The notes under the pieces were generated by a model. That model had not been told where the DNA came from and searched no databases. It saw only the letters and a program-made list of their open reading frames with translations. A stretch of DNA of 64,000 bases from a virus, in the IMG/VR virus record IMGVR_UViG_3300020192_000008, positions 1 to 64,000 of that record, one strand, 5' to 3'. Position 1 is the stretch's first letter, and every line of letters begins with the position of its first letter. Positions 28,114-38,687 of the stretch are shown here, in pieces. The position numbers and the translations under genes are program-made.

Positions 28114-28145
28114 TGTGGTTCTCCTTCTAAGACCGAGTACATGAC

Positions 28146-28192
28146 AAAGAAAAAGGCTGGTGATGGGGACCTAGTTGACCCACCACCAGCCC
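28146..28192 (-). terminator. intrinsic terminator after the tail tube gene
   Basis: GGCTGGTG...CACCAGCC stem with TTTTTCTTT on the minus strand. Confidence 0.7.
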
Positions 28193-28206
28193 TCTCCCGC
28201 ATTGTA

Positions 28207-28953
28207 TCAGGCGTTCTGGTCGAAGGTCAGATCTGAACCAGTGGCATTGTTGGCCGAGCTGTCGATGAGCGAGACGTTGGTGATGGCCACCGGGACGACG
28301 CGCTCGAACTGCAGCGAGACCTGCTCCTGGTGGAGGACGCCTTGGCTGTCTGTCGACCACGAGTGGTTCGGCAGGTAGCAGCTCTCGGCGTACACCGCGC
28401 CCAGCGTGTTCTGGTTGGTGTCACGGATGTACACCAGCAGACCGATGGGCTGAGCGAAGAGATCGCTCGCCAGGTTCATGTAGATGTTCTCATACCCCGG
28501 GGGGATGATCACATTGTGCTTGTTCGGCATGCTGTCCGAGCCATCGTTGGAGAACATGCTCGGCACGAGCGTCGGGGAGAGCAGGTCCGAGTAGTAGGCG
28601 TACAGGATGCGGAGCAGCGAAGCCCCGTGGTAGTACACCCGACCCAAACCGATCTGCCCCATCGTCCGACCGGCGATGAAGTAGCTGCGCTCCGAACCGA
28701 TCTCGTAGATGCGCGAGAAGTTGCGGTTGTGCGAGAGGCTGAAGTTCTGCACGACACCGATCGGGAAGACGATGCTGTCAGCCTTGCCGTCCGAGAGGGA
28801 GCCCTTGAACGCTGCCGCACCACCGATGTTGTTGAGGCGCGGGGGGCCAGCCGCAATGAGCGTGCACCCCGCGTTGGCGTAGTTGCCATCCACCAGCCCC
28901 GCCTGAACGAAGGCGGAGTGGGGAGACCATTCACTGAAGCTGCCGTTACCCAT
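28207..28953 (-). CDS. tail tube protein
   Basis: Directly after the sheath gene; IGVVQNFSLS, RIYEIGS and EQVSLQFERV motifs. Confidence 0.8.
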   Translation of the reverse strand: MGNGSFSEWSPHSAFVQAGLVDGNYANAGCTLIAAGPPRLNNIGGAAAFKGSLSDGKADSIVFPIGVVQNFSLSHNRNFSRIYEIGSERSYFIAGRTMGQIGLGRVYYHGASLLRILYAYYSDLLSPTLVPSMFSNDGSDSMPNKHNVIIPPGYENIYMNLASDLFAQPIGLLVYIRDTNQNTLGAVYAESCYLPNHSWSTDSQGVLHQEQVSLQFERVVPVAITNVSLIDSSANNATGSDLTFDQNA

Positions 28954-28980
28954 CTGGTTTCTCCTTCTTCTCGCTCACGA

Positions 28981-31900
28981 TCAAACTTCGAGCGTGACCC
29001 TGATGTAGTTGCAGGGGAACGTCGGCTGTACTTGGATGACCACCAGGACAGAGTCCGGGGCCGCCGGGTCCTGAATGAGCTCCGACAGGCTCGCGCCGTT
29101 GAGGAAGCCGTTGTCGACGAGGAAGGAGAGCAGGCCCTGGATGACCTGACCCAGGCTGTCGATGAAGCCGGTCGTGATGTTGAACCGACCGATGAAGCTC
29201 CGCAGACCCCGTCGCACGAACTTCGCGGCGTAGTCGATCTGCTTGTTGATCGAGTCAGTGCGCGTCTCGACCGAGGTCATGTCCGTGGTGAGTGCCATCC
29301 GAGAGATGACCGGGGCGCCCTGGGCTTCCTGAACCTGGATGTCCACACCACCAGCGGCCATCTGGTTGAGATGCTTGGTCGAGTAGGTGTCGTTCGAGCC
29401 GATGACCCGGGTGAACCCGGCCACCGGGAAGTTCGTGAACGACGTGCTCGGCGACTGCTTGCCGATCATGCCCACGCGAGCCGCTGCCATGTAGAACCCA
29501 TCGAGGACCTGCTCGAGACCGTTGACGGTCGCGGCGCAGGAGTCGGGGAAGAGCCTGGTCAGGCGGCGGTTGAGGTAGCTCTCGGCCACCGCAGCGACAG
29601 TCTCAACCACGCCGTCCTTGTCGACCGCCCCGTTGGTGAGCGTCAGTGCCGCGCCGCGGATGCGGACAGCAAAGGTCTCATTGATGAGGGCGCTCGGCAG
29701 GGGCGAGTCGTTGAGGTCCGTCTCAGCGTAGAAGTCATCGTCATTCGCACCAGCCGAGAAGGCCGTACGGATGGTGACGACCGAACCCGAGATGCTCTCG
29801 ATCGAGTAGTGCTTGGTGTTGCTGGCGATGTCGAGGAACAGGCCCGTGGATTCAGCGAAGGTCCCGACAGGGTTGACGCCGGCCGACAGCAGAAGCTGTG
29901 CGAGACCGACAACACCCGTGTCGAAGAGCATCCCTGTAGAACCCTGGCTGTTACCCGAACCGGAGCACACCAGCTCGTCGAGCTTCTTGGTGGGGACCGC
30001 CGGGCAGGTCACCGCGCAGCGCTCGCCCTTCTGGTCAGCCGCGCTCATCGCCTTCACGTGCTCCGACAAGATACCGATGACAGTCTCGTCATTGGTGAGC
30101 GGCGCGATGGCGTAGACCTCGTTGTTCTCGAGGAGCTCGAAGGCCCGCGTGAACGCTTCGACCGTACCGAAGGGTGCGTCCGCAGCGATCTCGTCGATGC
30201 CAAGAGCAGTGATCTGCCCCCCGGGTGCGTTGATCAGCGCGAGCTGTGACGCCAGGCCCAAGGGGTTGAGGCTCGTCCGAGGAGAGATGAGCGAGTCAAC
30301 CTCATCGAGGCTCGAGAAGCGCAGCAGCGCAGGCGTTGTAGCACTCGCCGAGACGTCCTTACGGACGGCATGGTACGAGAGGTACACCGAGGTCTTCGCA
30401 CCCGACAGCACATTGCCGTTCGTGTCGCGAAGCACGTTGTGCTTGATCGTGACCTGGCCATCACCCTCGACGATGAGCTCAGGGGTCGGGCGTGTGGAGC
30501 TCGACACCGAGAGGTTCTTCGCCTGGATGAGGTAGAAGTCACCGAGGTGCGTGTTCAGGGGCAGCTGCTTGGAGAGCTTCAGCACTGAAGCGTTGCCCGC
30601 CACAGCCACCTGCGTGATGCGACCGACCAGCACGCCATCGACGTACAGGTCGTCTCCCGACACCGGCTTGTAAGGCGTGCCAGTGAACCTCTCGAAAGAA
30701 GCCTCCTGGCCAACCGTCAGACCGAGGTAGGTCGCCGCTTCCGTACCAGACGCTGCAACGATGAGCAGCTTCACGCCCTTGCCACCCGTGAGCGCACGGA
30801 TGGAGAGCTTGTCGCCAGTCGCAACTTCAGCCACCGCGATGGCAGCGAAGGCCACGTTCAGGTTGAGCTTGCCGACGATCGTCGCAGCAGAAGAACCGCT
30901 GAGCAGACCCGTGAAGGTCGTCTCCACCTGCACGCCGCCGACATCGATCTTCAGGCTCTTGTTGTTCAGGACCGTGGGGTCCGGAGCCAGACCGGCCGTC
31001 AGGCTCACCGTACCGGTCAGCGAAGGGACCAGGCCAAGGGCGCCAAGAGCCGTACCGCCGACGATCTCGATGACCGCCTCTTCCCCGAGAGGAAGAAGAG
31101 AGTCCGTCTCGAGCAAGAGCTTGCCGCCCGAGGTCGAAGCGTTGAGACCCATGCCCGTGGTGAAGGCATCAAGCAAGGTGTGAACCGTGCCGGGTACCGT
31201 CGAGTTAGGGAACGTGAAGGTCTGCTCCTCGTAGCCGTTCGCCTTGAGGGTGACCGTCTTGTCGATGAAGTCAGCGGGGAAGAACGACCCAAGAGTCGTC
31301 AGACCCAGGCAGCTTGCAACCGTCGCGGCAGCCGTGAAGTTCGCCCCCGTCACCTTGACGAGGGGGGACAGTGCGTCCCCGTTGCCATCATCGATGATCT
31401 GAACGCTGGCTTCACCAGTGCCCAGGGAGTTGCCCGCGCCAAAGCCCAGGGCCGTTCGCGCATCGTTTGAAGGCGCAACATCAGCCACCACTTCGATGCT
31501 CGAGGCAAAGCCAGTGGTTCGCGAGGTGAGACGAAGACCACCATCGTTGGTGGCGACCATCTCGCCAAGCCCCTGGTTGATCATCTGCAGCAGGTCTACT
31601 GCGTCCACCGGCGTACCGAGGATGACCTGGATGGGGTCATCCCCATCGATCGAGACGTTCAGGTTCTTGCCGGAAAGAGTACCGCCGCCGCCGTAGAGAC
31701 CTACGTCCGACAGAAGAGTCGTACCCTCGACACTTCCAGCCGAGCCCGTGCCACCAGTATGCAGAACCGACTCCGTGCGAGACAGCTCCTTCAGGTTCGT
31801 GGCCGCGCCGAGTGCCAGGAAGGCCCTGACGCTGTCGGCCTCGATGGCCACCTGAGAGAGGTTGCCGCGGGGATCAGGGAAGCTTGCCGTCGGCACCACG

Positions 31901-32442
31901 CACTTGAGCTGCGAGTACGCCGAGCTACCCGTGTAGAGGAAGCCTGCCGTCAGACCAAGGGCCGACAGCACGCTCAAACCCGTGCCAGTCATCACTTCGA
32001 TGGTCTGGAAGTCTCCCGTGCCCACCGTCTTGACGACGAAGGCAGTCGTACCGAAGACAACCGCCAGAGCTTCAGTCACGCCAGCCAGAGCGAACGCCCT
32101 GTTGATCTGCGCGACCATGGAAGCGGGGGTGATGCTCGAGCCCGACAGGGTCACCGTGACATCTGGCCCGTGGTTGATCGACAGCACCAGCGTCAGGCCG
32201 TCCAGACCGCCGTAGACGGGGGGCGAACCACCCGCTGCGTCAGCGCTGAACATAGCCGGAAGGCTGATGAGTGAGCTGCTGTTGAGTTGACTGCCGCCCG
32301 CCGAAGACGGGACAACAACATCAACGATCTGCCTGCACAGGCCAACGATGCAGGGCACCAGGGTGGGTACCACAATAGTCGGACTCGTGGTCCTGAACTT
32401 CTGAGTAACCTCTACCCCAGGGCGTGCGAGTTCTGCCGCCAT
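28981..32442 (-). CDS. contractile tail sheath protein with large insertions
   Basis: N-terminal RPGVEV; C-terminal sheath motifs (LNQMAAGGV, DYAAKFVR, PTFPCNYIRVTL). Confidence 0.85.
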   Translation of the reverse strand: MAAELARPGVEVTQKFRTTSPTIVVPTLVPCIVGLCRQIVDVVVPSSAGGSQLNSSSLISLPAMFSADAAGGSPPVYGGLDGLTLVLSINHGPDVTVTLSGSSITPASMVAQINRAFALAGVTEALAVVFGTTAFVVKTVGTGDFQTIEVMTGTGLSVLSALGLTAGFLYTGSSAYSQLKCVVPTASFPDPRGNLSQVAIEADSVRAFLALGAATNLKELSRTESVLHTGGTGSAGSVEGTTLLSDVGLYGGGGTLSGKNLNVSIDGDDPIQVILGTPVDAVDLLQMINQGLGEMVATNDGGLRLTSRTTGFASSIEVVADVAPSNDARTALGFGAGNSLGTGEASVQIIDDGNGDALSPLVKVTGANFTAAATVASCLGLTTLGSFFPADFIDKTVTLKANGYEEQTFTFPNSTVPGTVHTLLDAFTTGMGLNASTSGGKLLLETDSLLPLGEEAVIEIVGGTALGALGLVPSLTGTVSLTAGLAPDPTVLNNKSLKIDVGGVQVETTFTGLLSGSSAATIVGKLNLNVAFAAIAVAEVATGDKLSIRALTGGKGVKLLIVAASGTEAATYLGLTVGQEASFERFTGTPYKPVSGDDLYVDGVLVGRITQVAVAGNASVLKLSKQLPLNTHLGDFYLIQAKNLSVSSSTRPTPELIVEGDGQVTIKHNVLRDTNGNVLSGAKTSVYLSYHAVRKDVSASATTPALLRFSSLDEVDSLISPRTSLNPLGLASQLALINAPGGQITALGIDEIAADAPFGTVEAFTRAFELLENNEVYAIAPLTNDETVIGILSEHVKAMSAADQKGERCAVTCPAVPTKKLDELVCSGSGNSQGSTGMLFDTGVVGLAQLLLSAGVNPVGTFAESTGLFLDIASNTKHYSIESISGSVVTIRTAFSAGANDDDFYAETDLNDSPLPSALINETFAVRIRGAALTLTNGAVDKDGVVETVAAVAESYLNRRLTRLFPDSCAATVNGLEQVLDGFYMAAARVGMIGKQSPSTSFTNFPVAGFTRVIGSNDTYSTKHLNQMAAGGVDIQVQEAQGAPVISRMALTTDMTSVETRTDSINKQIDYAAKFVRRGLRSFIGRFNITTGFIDSLGQVIQGLLSFLVDNGFLNGASLSELIQDPAAPDSVLVVIQVQPTFPCNYIRVTLEV

Positions 32443-32458
32443 TGTGGTCTCCTTTTAG

Positions 32459-33382
32459 TCACACCTTGAACGTACCCGAGACAGAGTCCGACGAAGTCGA
32501 TTCTTCCACGGTCTCTTGCTCTATGGGAAGAACACCACCAGTCTTACGAGGCAGAACTAGACGAGAGTTCGGCCTCGCAGGACGTACGGTGAGTGTCTTT
32601 GCGGGGTTGCGTGGATCTGGAATCCTGCGCAAACCATCATCGTTAGAAGTACCCCTAAGGGTGGGATAGGTCTCGTTCTGTTGAAACGAGGGGTTGTGTA
32701 TCCCAGCCGGGTTGTATTCCTGTTGAACACTTTGTAGAGCAGCCCTTGCCGCTTGATCGAACTGGATGCCGATGTTCTGAAGGATCTGAGCGGCCAGCGG
32801 AGCGACCCTTGTCGTGCGCTGAAACTGGAAGGGGCTCTGGACAGAGGTAACGTACCACTCATCCGCTGAATCCCCAGCGACGACAGAGCCAGCAGGAGAA
32901 GGAGAAGACACTACAAAGTTTCTTCCTATCTCGAAGAAGCCGCTTTGCATGAGTAGATCTCGGTGCGCCCAGATCATCTCAGCAATGACCCATGCGAGTT
33001 GTTCACTCACCAGGTCAACGCGAGAACAACAGTTGATGCTCATCGTGCCAGGCACGAGGATCGTCTTCGTCTTCGCACCAGTGTTGAACTGGTACGAGAG
33101 CATGTCGTCGATCCCGAAGTTGTACGACTGCACGGGACCACGAGTGAAGTTGATGGCGGGGCGTGAGCCGATGCGCCTGAGATGGATCGGGTTCTCGTCT
33201 GTGATGACGACCTCGGTCCTCTCTTCATCCTCGTCCCAGTGATAGCCGCTGCCAACCGGAGCAGCCTTGAACAGCCCCTGAACGAACGCTGCGTACAACG
33301 TGCGTACATGCTGAAGGGGCGTGTACTTGAAGGTGCTAACCGGAAGTTCATCAACCTCGTTTCCTGGAATCTTCGAGGACAC
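32459..33382 (-). CDS. putative tail completion/terminator protein
   Basis: Position between neck and sheath genes; RPAINFTRG motif. Confidence 0.5.
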   Translation of the reverse strand: MSSKIPGNEVDELPVSTFKYTPLQHVRTLYAAFVQGLFKAAPVGSGYHWDEDEERTEVVITDENPIHLRRIGSRPAINFTRGPVQSYNFGIDDMLSYQFNTGAKTKTILVPGTMSINCCSRVDLVSEQLAWVIAEMIWAHRDLLMQSGFFEIGRNFVVSSPSPAGSVVAGDSADEWYVTSVQSPFQFQRTTRVAPLAAQILQNIGIQFDQAARAALQSVQQEYNPAGIHNPSFQQNETYPTLRGTSNDDGLRRIPDPRNPAKTLTVRPARPNSRLVLPRKTGGVLPIEQETVEESTSSDSVSGTFKV

Positions 33383-33689
33383 GTCTCATCTCCTCCGACT
33401 GCCGAGCCTGGTGCAGAGCGTACGCTAGTCCGCTCGCACCACCCAGCAGGGGGGCTGCGACCGACAAGTACTTCTTCGGGATGCCAGGGGTTTTGGTGAT
33501 GTGCCCGTACAGCTTATCAGCCAGATGTGCGCCTCCTGCACCGGCCAACGTACCGACAGCCATGCCCCCAAGACCCGCCCCAGCGACCTCCAGGTTCTTA
33601 CGCATGGGGGACTTCTCCTCCACGCCGGCGATCTTGAGCAAGGACTCTCCGTGTACTGGGAGGTAGTCGAGAAGAAAGGGCAGGCTCAT
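33351..33689 (-). CDS. small virion/membrane protein (K-x-A motif)
   Basis: LLKIAG motif; glycine-zipper hydrophobic segments. Confidence 0.65.
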   Translation of the reverse strand: MSLPFLLDYLPVHGESLLKIAGVEEKSPMRKNLEVAGAGLGGMAVGTLAGAGGAHLADKLYGHITKTPGIPKKYLSVAAPLLGGASGLAYALHQARQSEEMRRVLEDSRKRG

Positions 33690-34585
33690 TTGTCTGGGTC
33701 CGTGTACGTGGTGGGGTACAGGGAGAAGATACCGGGGATCTCTTCTCGCTCGAACGTCTCGAGGTTCATCGGGTTGGTGAAGTTCCTAGAGGGGCTAAGC
33801 GCCAGGTCCTTCAGCTCTTCCTGCAGGTTGATCGGGAAGGCGTACTCCACGTCTGAGGTGGGGATCTCATGGAGCTGTATCTCGTAGTGAACTGGGCTGC
33901 GGCCATGCTCAGTCTGGTTCACCGAGACCACACGCCACCGCTTGTTCTCCGCCTCGATGACCACATCCCTCGGCTTGAGCGGGCCGAAGTAAGCAACGCG
34001 GGCGTTGTTGTTCTGCTGCTGGGTGGGACCCGTGGCCGAGTTCTGTTCTCCCAGCATATCGTTGGTGTCGATCTGCATCCAGAGCTCGATGGGGCTCAGG
34101 TACCCACGGATGAAGCCCGTGTCGAAGCAGGTACGACAGCCTTGGCAGGTGCGCTTGGCCAGCGTCTTGTTCCACCGGGGGCAGCGCTGACCGAACGTAC
34201 GAACAGGTAGCAGCCACACCCTGCGCCCTGCAAACTCTCGCATCAGCAGCTGGAAGTGACGGCGGAGTTCGAGGGCCATGAGGTCAGCGTCTGGCTGAAC
34301 ATCAACGGGACCGAACTCCTCCGTCTCCTCCGTACTCTTCTTCGTGACGACGATCTTGTACTGGAGCTGGCGAGACGTGTGGAACGAGGGCTTCTGCCGG
34401 TCGAGGAAGAGGTACCTGTCCTCGAACGGAATGCTGATCGCCTCCCAAGGCCCGGCCATCGACTCCGACCTGAGGACTTGCAGGGTGTAGTCGAGGACAT
34501 CTTCAGAAGTGTCTTCGATCTCCCACGAGACCTCGTTGTAGTCGACGTCGAGTGACCGGACCTTGAGTTGGGCGATCTTGAGCAT
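33686..34585 (-). CDS. putative neck/head-closure protein with N-terminal FN3-like domain
   Basis: EVSW...YTLQVLRS...YKIVV; CxxC..GFIRGY; LKPRDVVIE motifs. Confidence 0.55.
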   Translation of the reverse strand: MLKIAQLKVRSLDVDYNEVSWEIEDTSEDVLDYTLQVLRSESMAGPWEAISIPFEDRYLFLDRQKPSFHTSRQLQYKIVVTKKSTEETEEFGPVDVQPDADLMALELRRHFQLLMREFAGRRVWLLPVRTFGQRCPRWNKTLAKRTCQGCRTCFDTGFIRGYLSPIELWMQIDTNDMLGEQNSATGPTQQQNNNARVAYFGPLKPRDVVIEAENKRWRVVSVNQTEHGRSPVHYEIQLHEIPTSDVEYAFPINLQEELKDLALSPSRNFTNPMNLETFEREEIPGIFSLYPTTYTDPDK

Positions 34586-36177
34586 CAGGCGCTCGCAGCC
34601 TCAGGCTGAGCGTGAATGCCCGTGCGCTTCACGTCCATGAGATGAGACGACAGGTCCTTGTTACTGAAGCCGGCTGCACGACCCGTGTCCTTGATGCGCT
34701 TGTTCACGCCTGCCTTGAGAGCCTCAGCCACGCTCAAGCCAGGGGCCTTCTTCGCAATCCGGCGGGCGTCATGCGCGATGTGCCCGCCCAGGCCGATGGC
34801 ACCACCAGCTGCACCACCAAGCAGGCCGTGACCGATCGCCTTGCCCACGCTGCCATCAGGACCCGACATGCCTTCAGCTGCCCCGCCTGCAGCACCAACA
34901 GCCGCCCCGATGAGGGCCGGCTTGTTCTTCAGCAGACCCTTACCCAAACCACCAGCGACTCCTCGCACAGTGGCCATGTCGAGGGCCATCTTCGCCATGT
35001 CGCTGCGGGCCATCATCCGGCCCATCTGGTCAGCCGATGCGAACTTCTCACGGCTCACCATGTTCAGCGCCATGCTGGCCTTGGCCATCTGCGGAACGCC
35101 GCCCATCATTCCGCCCATCGCCCCGGTCATCGCCTGACGAGCTCGGCCCCACAGGCCCTTTGCTGCGCCGGCGACTGCCTGACCCGCACCCTGCAGCATG
35201 CCTTGCTGAGGAGCTGGGCGTGCAGGTGCTGCGGCCGGTGCAGGAGCACCGCCACCACCGAAGAAGCTTGCTGCTGCGGGGTGAGGTGCCGGTGCCGGAC
35301 CCCCGCCGCCACCGAAGAAGCTCGCAGCCGCAGGGTGGCTAGCCGCCGGAGAAGACGGGGCGTTATGAAGAGCATCAGGACTGCGAGGCTGAGGAGCAGC
35401 CCCCAACCGACCCATGGTGCTGTCCATCTGCTTGGTGTAGTGGCTGTCTATCTTCGCTTGAAACTGCTGAGGGGAGACGTTGAAGACCGACTTGGCGTGG
35501 TCGAGCGCACTGTTGGCGGGTTGGAAGGGAGCTGTCCGTGATGCCGGAGCTGCCGCGGCTGCAGCAGGAGCTGCTGCCGGAGCTGCCTTTGCAACGCCCC
35601 TACCCGTAAAGCCTCCGCGACCCCCCATGCCGCCTACGCGGCTACCGAAGCTGGCTCCACCGAAACCGAAGGAGACCTTGTCCATCCCTGCAAGGATGTG
35701 GGCGATCTTCGGGTTGGCAGACATGCCTGGGTCACCGGCCGGAGGGGGCGGGGGCGGAGCACCCTGGTCTGGCGGCGGAGGCCCGCCGGGATCTTCACCG
35801 CCTTCACCACCACCCGACTCCATCTCCATGAGCTTGAGATCGAGCATCTTCTTCTGGAGACGAAGGCTGTCCATCGTCTTCCAGTGAGACTGAGTGTCTT
35901 CCATCTGCCTCTTCTGCAGGTCAGCCACGTCCGCCTCGAGCTCCTGACGCTCGAGCGCAATGGCCTCCTCGAAGAGAGGCGTGTCCTTGAACTTCTCGAT
36001 CCACTCGTGGCTGCCACTACCAGAGTCGCAGTTGAGCATCGACGAGAGCTTCAGCTGCCCTGAAGCGATCTTCTCGAGGGTGCCCACTGGGAGCCGCTTG
36101 ATGAGCGAGACGATCTGCTCGTCCTGCCCGGCCTGCATGCTTTGGTCGTATGCGACCTTCAGGAACTCGTTCAGCAT
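34585..36177 (-). CDS. putative virion internal protein (low complexity)
   Basis: Multiple K-x-A motifs, glycine zippers, HPAAASFFGGGG duplication. Confidence 0.65.
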   Translation of the reverse strand: MLNEFLKVAYDQSMQAGQDEQIVSLIKRLPVGTLEKIASGQLKLSSMLNCDSGSGSHEWIEKFKDTPLFEEAIALERQELEADVADLQKRQMEDTQSHWKTMDSLRLQKKMLDLKLMEMESGGGEGGEDPGGPPPPDQGAPPPPPPAGDPGMSANPKIAHILAGMDKVSFGFGGASFGSRVGGMGGRGGFTGRGVAKAAPAAAPAAAAAAPASRTAPFQPANSALDHAKSVFNVSPQQFQAKIDSHYTKQMDSTMGRLGAAPQPRSPDALHNAPSSPAASHPAAASFFGGGGGPAPAPHPAAASFFGGGGAPAPAAAPARPAPQQGMLQGAGQAVAGAAKGLWGRARQAMTGAMGGMMGGVPQMAKASMALNMVSREKFASADQMGRMMARSDMAKMALDMATVRGVAGGLGKGLLKNKPALIGAAVGAAGGAAEGMSGPDGSVGKAIGHGLLGGAAGGAIGLGGHIAHDARRIAKKAPGLSVAEALKAGVNKRIKDTGRAAGFSNKDLSSHLMDVKRTGIHAQPEAASA

Positions 36178-36184
36178 CTCGCCC

Positions 36185-37696
36185 TCACTTCTTTCCGCGA
36201 CCCAGGATGTTCATGACGTCTTTGCCGAAGTGACCTCCGGCAGCCCCACTAACCGCGCCCATTCCAGCACCAATGGCCGTCGAAGCACCAGGGTGCTGCT
36301 TCGAGAAGTCCGCCATCCCAAGCCTCGCCTTTGACTGGGCAAGACTCAGAGACTCGGCAAACGACCGACTATCACCCTTGCTTTCGAGACCTTTGACCTT
36401 GTTCTTCAGGTCATCACCACCGCTGAACTGCTGGGCGTAACCAAGCCCACCACCGGCAAGAGCACCCAAGGCACCCCCAAGCAACTGCTCCTTCGAGACG
36501 CTGCCCATCTTCTGCTCACCACCTGGGGGAGCTGCTGGAGGAGGCGCTGCGGGGGGCTGACCTTGAGAAGCATCCTGTGGCGGTGCTTCTGCAGGAGGTG
36601 CCGCCGCCGGCGGAGCCCCACCAGGTGGCGCACCTTCAGGGGGTGGCCCACCTTGCGATGGGTTCTGAGGAGGCTGCGCTGCTGCATCCGCCGGGGCTTG
36701 CTGGTCCTGAGCCCCTGACTCCACGCCAGCTTCCTGGGTCGTGGCTGGAGGGGGAGGCTGCTGAGCCAGCTGCATGAGCGACTGCCGCATGGCCTGCATC
36801 GAGTCACGCATCTGGGCGGTGAGGCCCTGCTGCTGAATGAGCTCGTTGGAAGAAGCGAGTGTGCGCTGCATGGCCGACGTAGCAGCGGCCTGCGCTGCTT
36901 GAGCCGACTGCATGGCCTGCTGCTGAACCTGCTGAGCCTGCTGCATGCTGCTGTCGACGGTCTGCTGCAGCTGCTGGCTCTGCTGCGTCACCTGGTCGAG
37001 CTGCTGCTGCATGCCTTGGATCTGCTGGTCCTTGGACTGAGCTTCCTGCGAGGCCTGCTGGAACTTCTCCTTGTAGAACTCGCTTTGAGCCTGCTCAGCC
37101 CCGTCCGAACCAGCCTGCTCAGCAGCGAGGTACTGGCTGATGTCGCCCTGGGCACCGCCGGTGAGCTCGTCGAAGGCGCGCTTGAGCATCGCCGACGCCT
37201 TCTCGTGGTTCTTCTTGTAGGCGTAGGCATCTGCTTCACCGCCCACGTCCTTGCCGGCCTTACCACCAAGGTGCTGACCAAGAGCCGCTGCGGCTACCGT
37301 CGACAGGGCTCCGCCCTTGCCATGCTTGTGAGCTGCGTAGCCAGCACCGGCGCCCCCACCCAGACGACCCACCATCTCGAGCGCACGTTCGGCCCGAGTG
37401 TGGTCGTGGTGCTCGAACTTGGCCGCAAGAGAAGCCGTAGCCCGGCGCTTGCCAGTCTCGTACTCCTCATCTGAGGCGAGCTTGGTTCCGAGCTGCGTGG
37501 TGTAGTCGACACCCTCAGGGGTGTACGTCTTGGCCGGCAGACCGTTGAGCATCTGCAGCATGCGCTCGGAGTGGTAGCCCTCTGTGCCAGGCAGAACCTT
37601 CTCTGCGTAGGCAGGGGCTGCCTGCTTGACCATCAAGAAGTAAGCGGCTGCTTCTTCGAGAGGCAGTCCTTTGGAGAACATGTCGTCGAAGGTCAT
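36185..37696 (-). CDS. putative virion internal protein (Gln-rich coiled coil)
   Basis: VKQAA/TKLAS motifs, glycine zippers. Confidence 0.65.
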   Translation of the reverse strand: MTFDDMFSKGLPLEEAAAYFLMVKQAAPAYAEKVLPGTEGYHSERMLQMLNGLPAKTYTPEGVDYTTQLGTKLASDEEYETGKRRATASLAAKFEHHDHTRAERALEMVGRLGGGAGAGYAAHKHGKGGALSTVAAAALGQHLGGKAGKDVGGEADAYAYKKNHEKASAMLKRAFDELTGGAQGDISQYLAAEQAGSDGAEQAQSEFYKEKFQQASQEAQSKDQQIQGMQQQLDQVTQQSQQLQQTVDSSMQQAQQVQQQAMQSAQAAQAAATSAMQRTLASSNELIQQQGLTAQMRDSMQAMRQSLMQLAQQPPPPATTQEAGVESGAQDQQAPADAAAQPPQNPSQGGPPPEGAPPGGAPPAAAPPAEAPPQDASQGQPPAAPPPAAPPGGEQKMGSVSKEQLLGGALGALAGGGLGYAQQFSGGDDLKNKVKGLESKGDSRSFAESLSLAQSKARLGMADFSKQHPGASTAIGAGMGAVSGAAGGHFGKDVMNILGRGKK

Positions 37697-37699
37697 CGA

Positions 37700-38164
37700 T
37701 CACTCCTGGCAGATGGCCACGTGGGCGTTGTCGGGGGTCGTGTAAGCCTGCACCAGGAAGGGGGCAGCAGGAGCCACATAGGCGTTGCCGTAGACCAGCC
37801 CCACCACATGCCCATCTGCTGCACCATCGAAGCCGAGGTAGGCGCGAGCTGGTTCAGCTACAGCTGACCCGATGTCGACCCCGTTGGTAGGAACCGCCTC
37901 CCTGATGACCAGACGTCCATGGATGAGAGAGACATTCAGGCCAGCAACAGCCGCTTCGATCTGCGCTTTGATCTCCCCAAAGGGAAGAATGCTGTCGCCG
38001 CTGGTGCTTGGAAGGAAGGTCACCGAGCCGGCGGGGGTCGTGAAGGTGGCCGTCAGGCCAACGAGCCCGGCCAGGCCAGCGCTGCCGACCTGGGCTCCAA
38101 CGATGGCGCCGTTCAGGTGCAGCTCCATCTCGGCGATCGACTGGAACTTGTAGATCTTCAGCAT
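37700..38164 (-). CDS. putative structural protein
   Basis: Position in the head-neck operon. Confidence 0.65.
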   Translation of the reverse strand: MLKIYKFQSIAEMELHLNGAIVGAQVGSAGLAGLVGLTATFTTPAGSVTFLPSTSGDSILPFGEIKAQIEAAVAGLNVSLIHGRLVIREAVPTNGVDIGSAVAEPARAYLGFDGAADGHVVGLVYGNAYVAPAAPFLVQAYTTPDNAHVAICQE

Positions 38165-38173
38165 GGCTTGTCC

Positions 38174-38686
38174 TCAGTAACCAAAGCTCGCGTAGCTCTG
38201 GTTCGTTGACCAGTACTCAGAGTGAACGCCAGAATAGGCCGAGTTGAACATGGCACCAATGTTCATGGCCACCTTGACCTTCAGCTTCATCTGCTCTGTC
38301 GTAGACTGGAACTTCTGCAACCATCCCATCAGTTGAGGCGTCTTGTCGTTGACCCCGACGGTGATGTTGCCGTTCGTGTAGTTGATCTGGTTGCGAGTCT
38401 GCAGAAGACCCACGCTCTCGATGAGAGAGCAGCAGGTCATGCGCAGAAGAAGGGCCTGCTGGTTCATCCCCAGCATCCCTTCCAAGGAAGTGGTTCCCAG
38501 GAAGGGGGGCGTGCCATTGAAGTCACTGAGGGCATCGAGAATGGCCCAGGCAATCTGCCTGTCTGTGTTCTCGACACCCGCTGTGAGCCGATTGAGCTCA
38601 GGGAAGTCTCGAAGGTAGTTGCGGGTCATCTGAATGAAGGCCCGCGACATCGCACTCATCCCCGGGATGCCCTGAAGCGTCTCCAT
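38174..38686 (-). CDS. putative head-tail adaptor
   Basis: Helical 170-aa protein downstream of the capsid gene (RNYLRD, ALSDFNGTPP). Confidence 0.55.
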   Translation of the reverse strand: METLQGIPGMSAMSRAFIQMTRNYLRDFPELNRLTAGVENTDRQIAWAILDALSDFNGTPPFLGTTSLEGMLGMNQQALLLRMTCCSLIESVGLLQTRNQINYTNGNITVGVNDKTPQLMGWLQKFQSTTEQMKLKVKVAMNIGAMFNSAYSGVHSEYWSTNQSYASFGY

Positions 38687-38687
38687 G

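Noticed and set aside
28330-30249. Long plus-strand ORFs antisense to structural genes (for example 639, 493, 432, 384 and 366 aa)
   Set aside because: These are shadow ORFs caused by GC3 bias and by scarcity of TTA/CTA/TCA on the coding strand; no recognisable motifs
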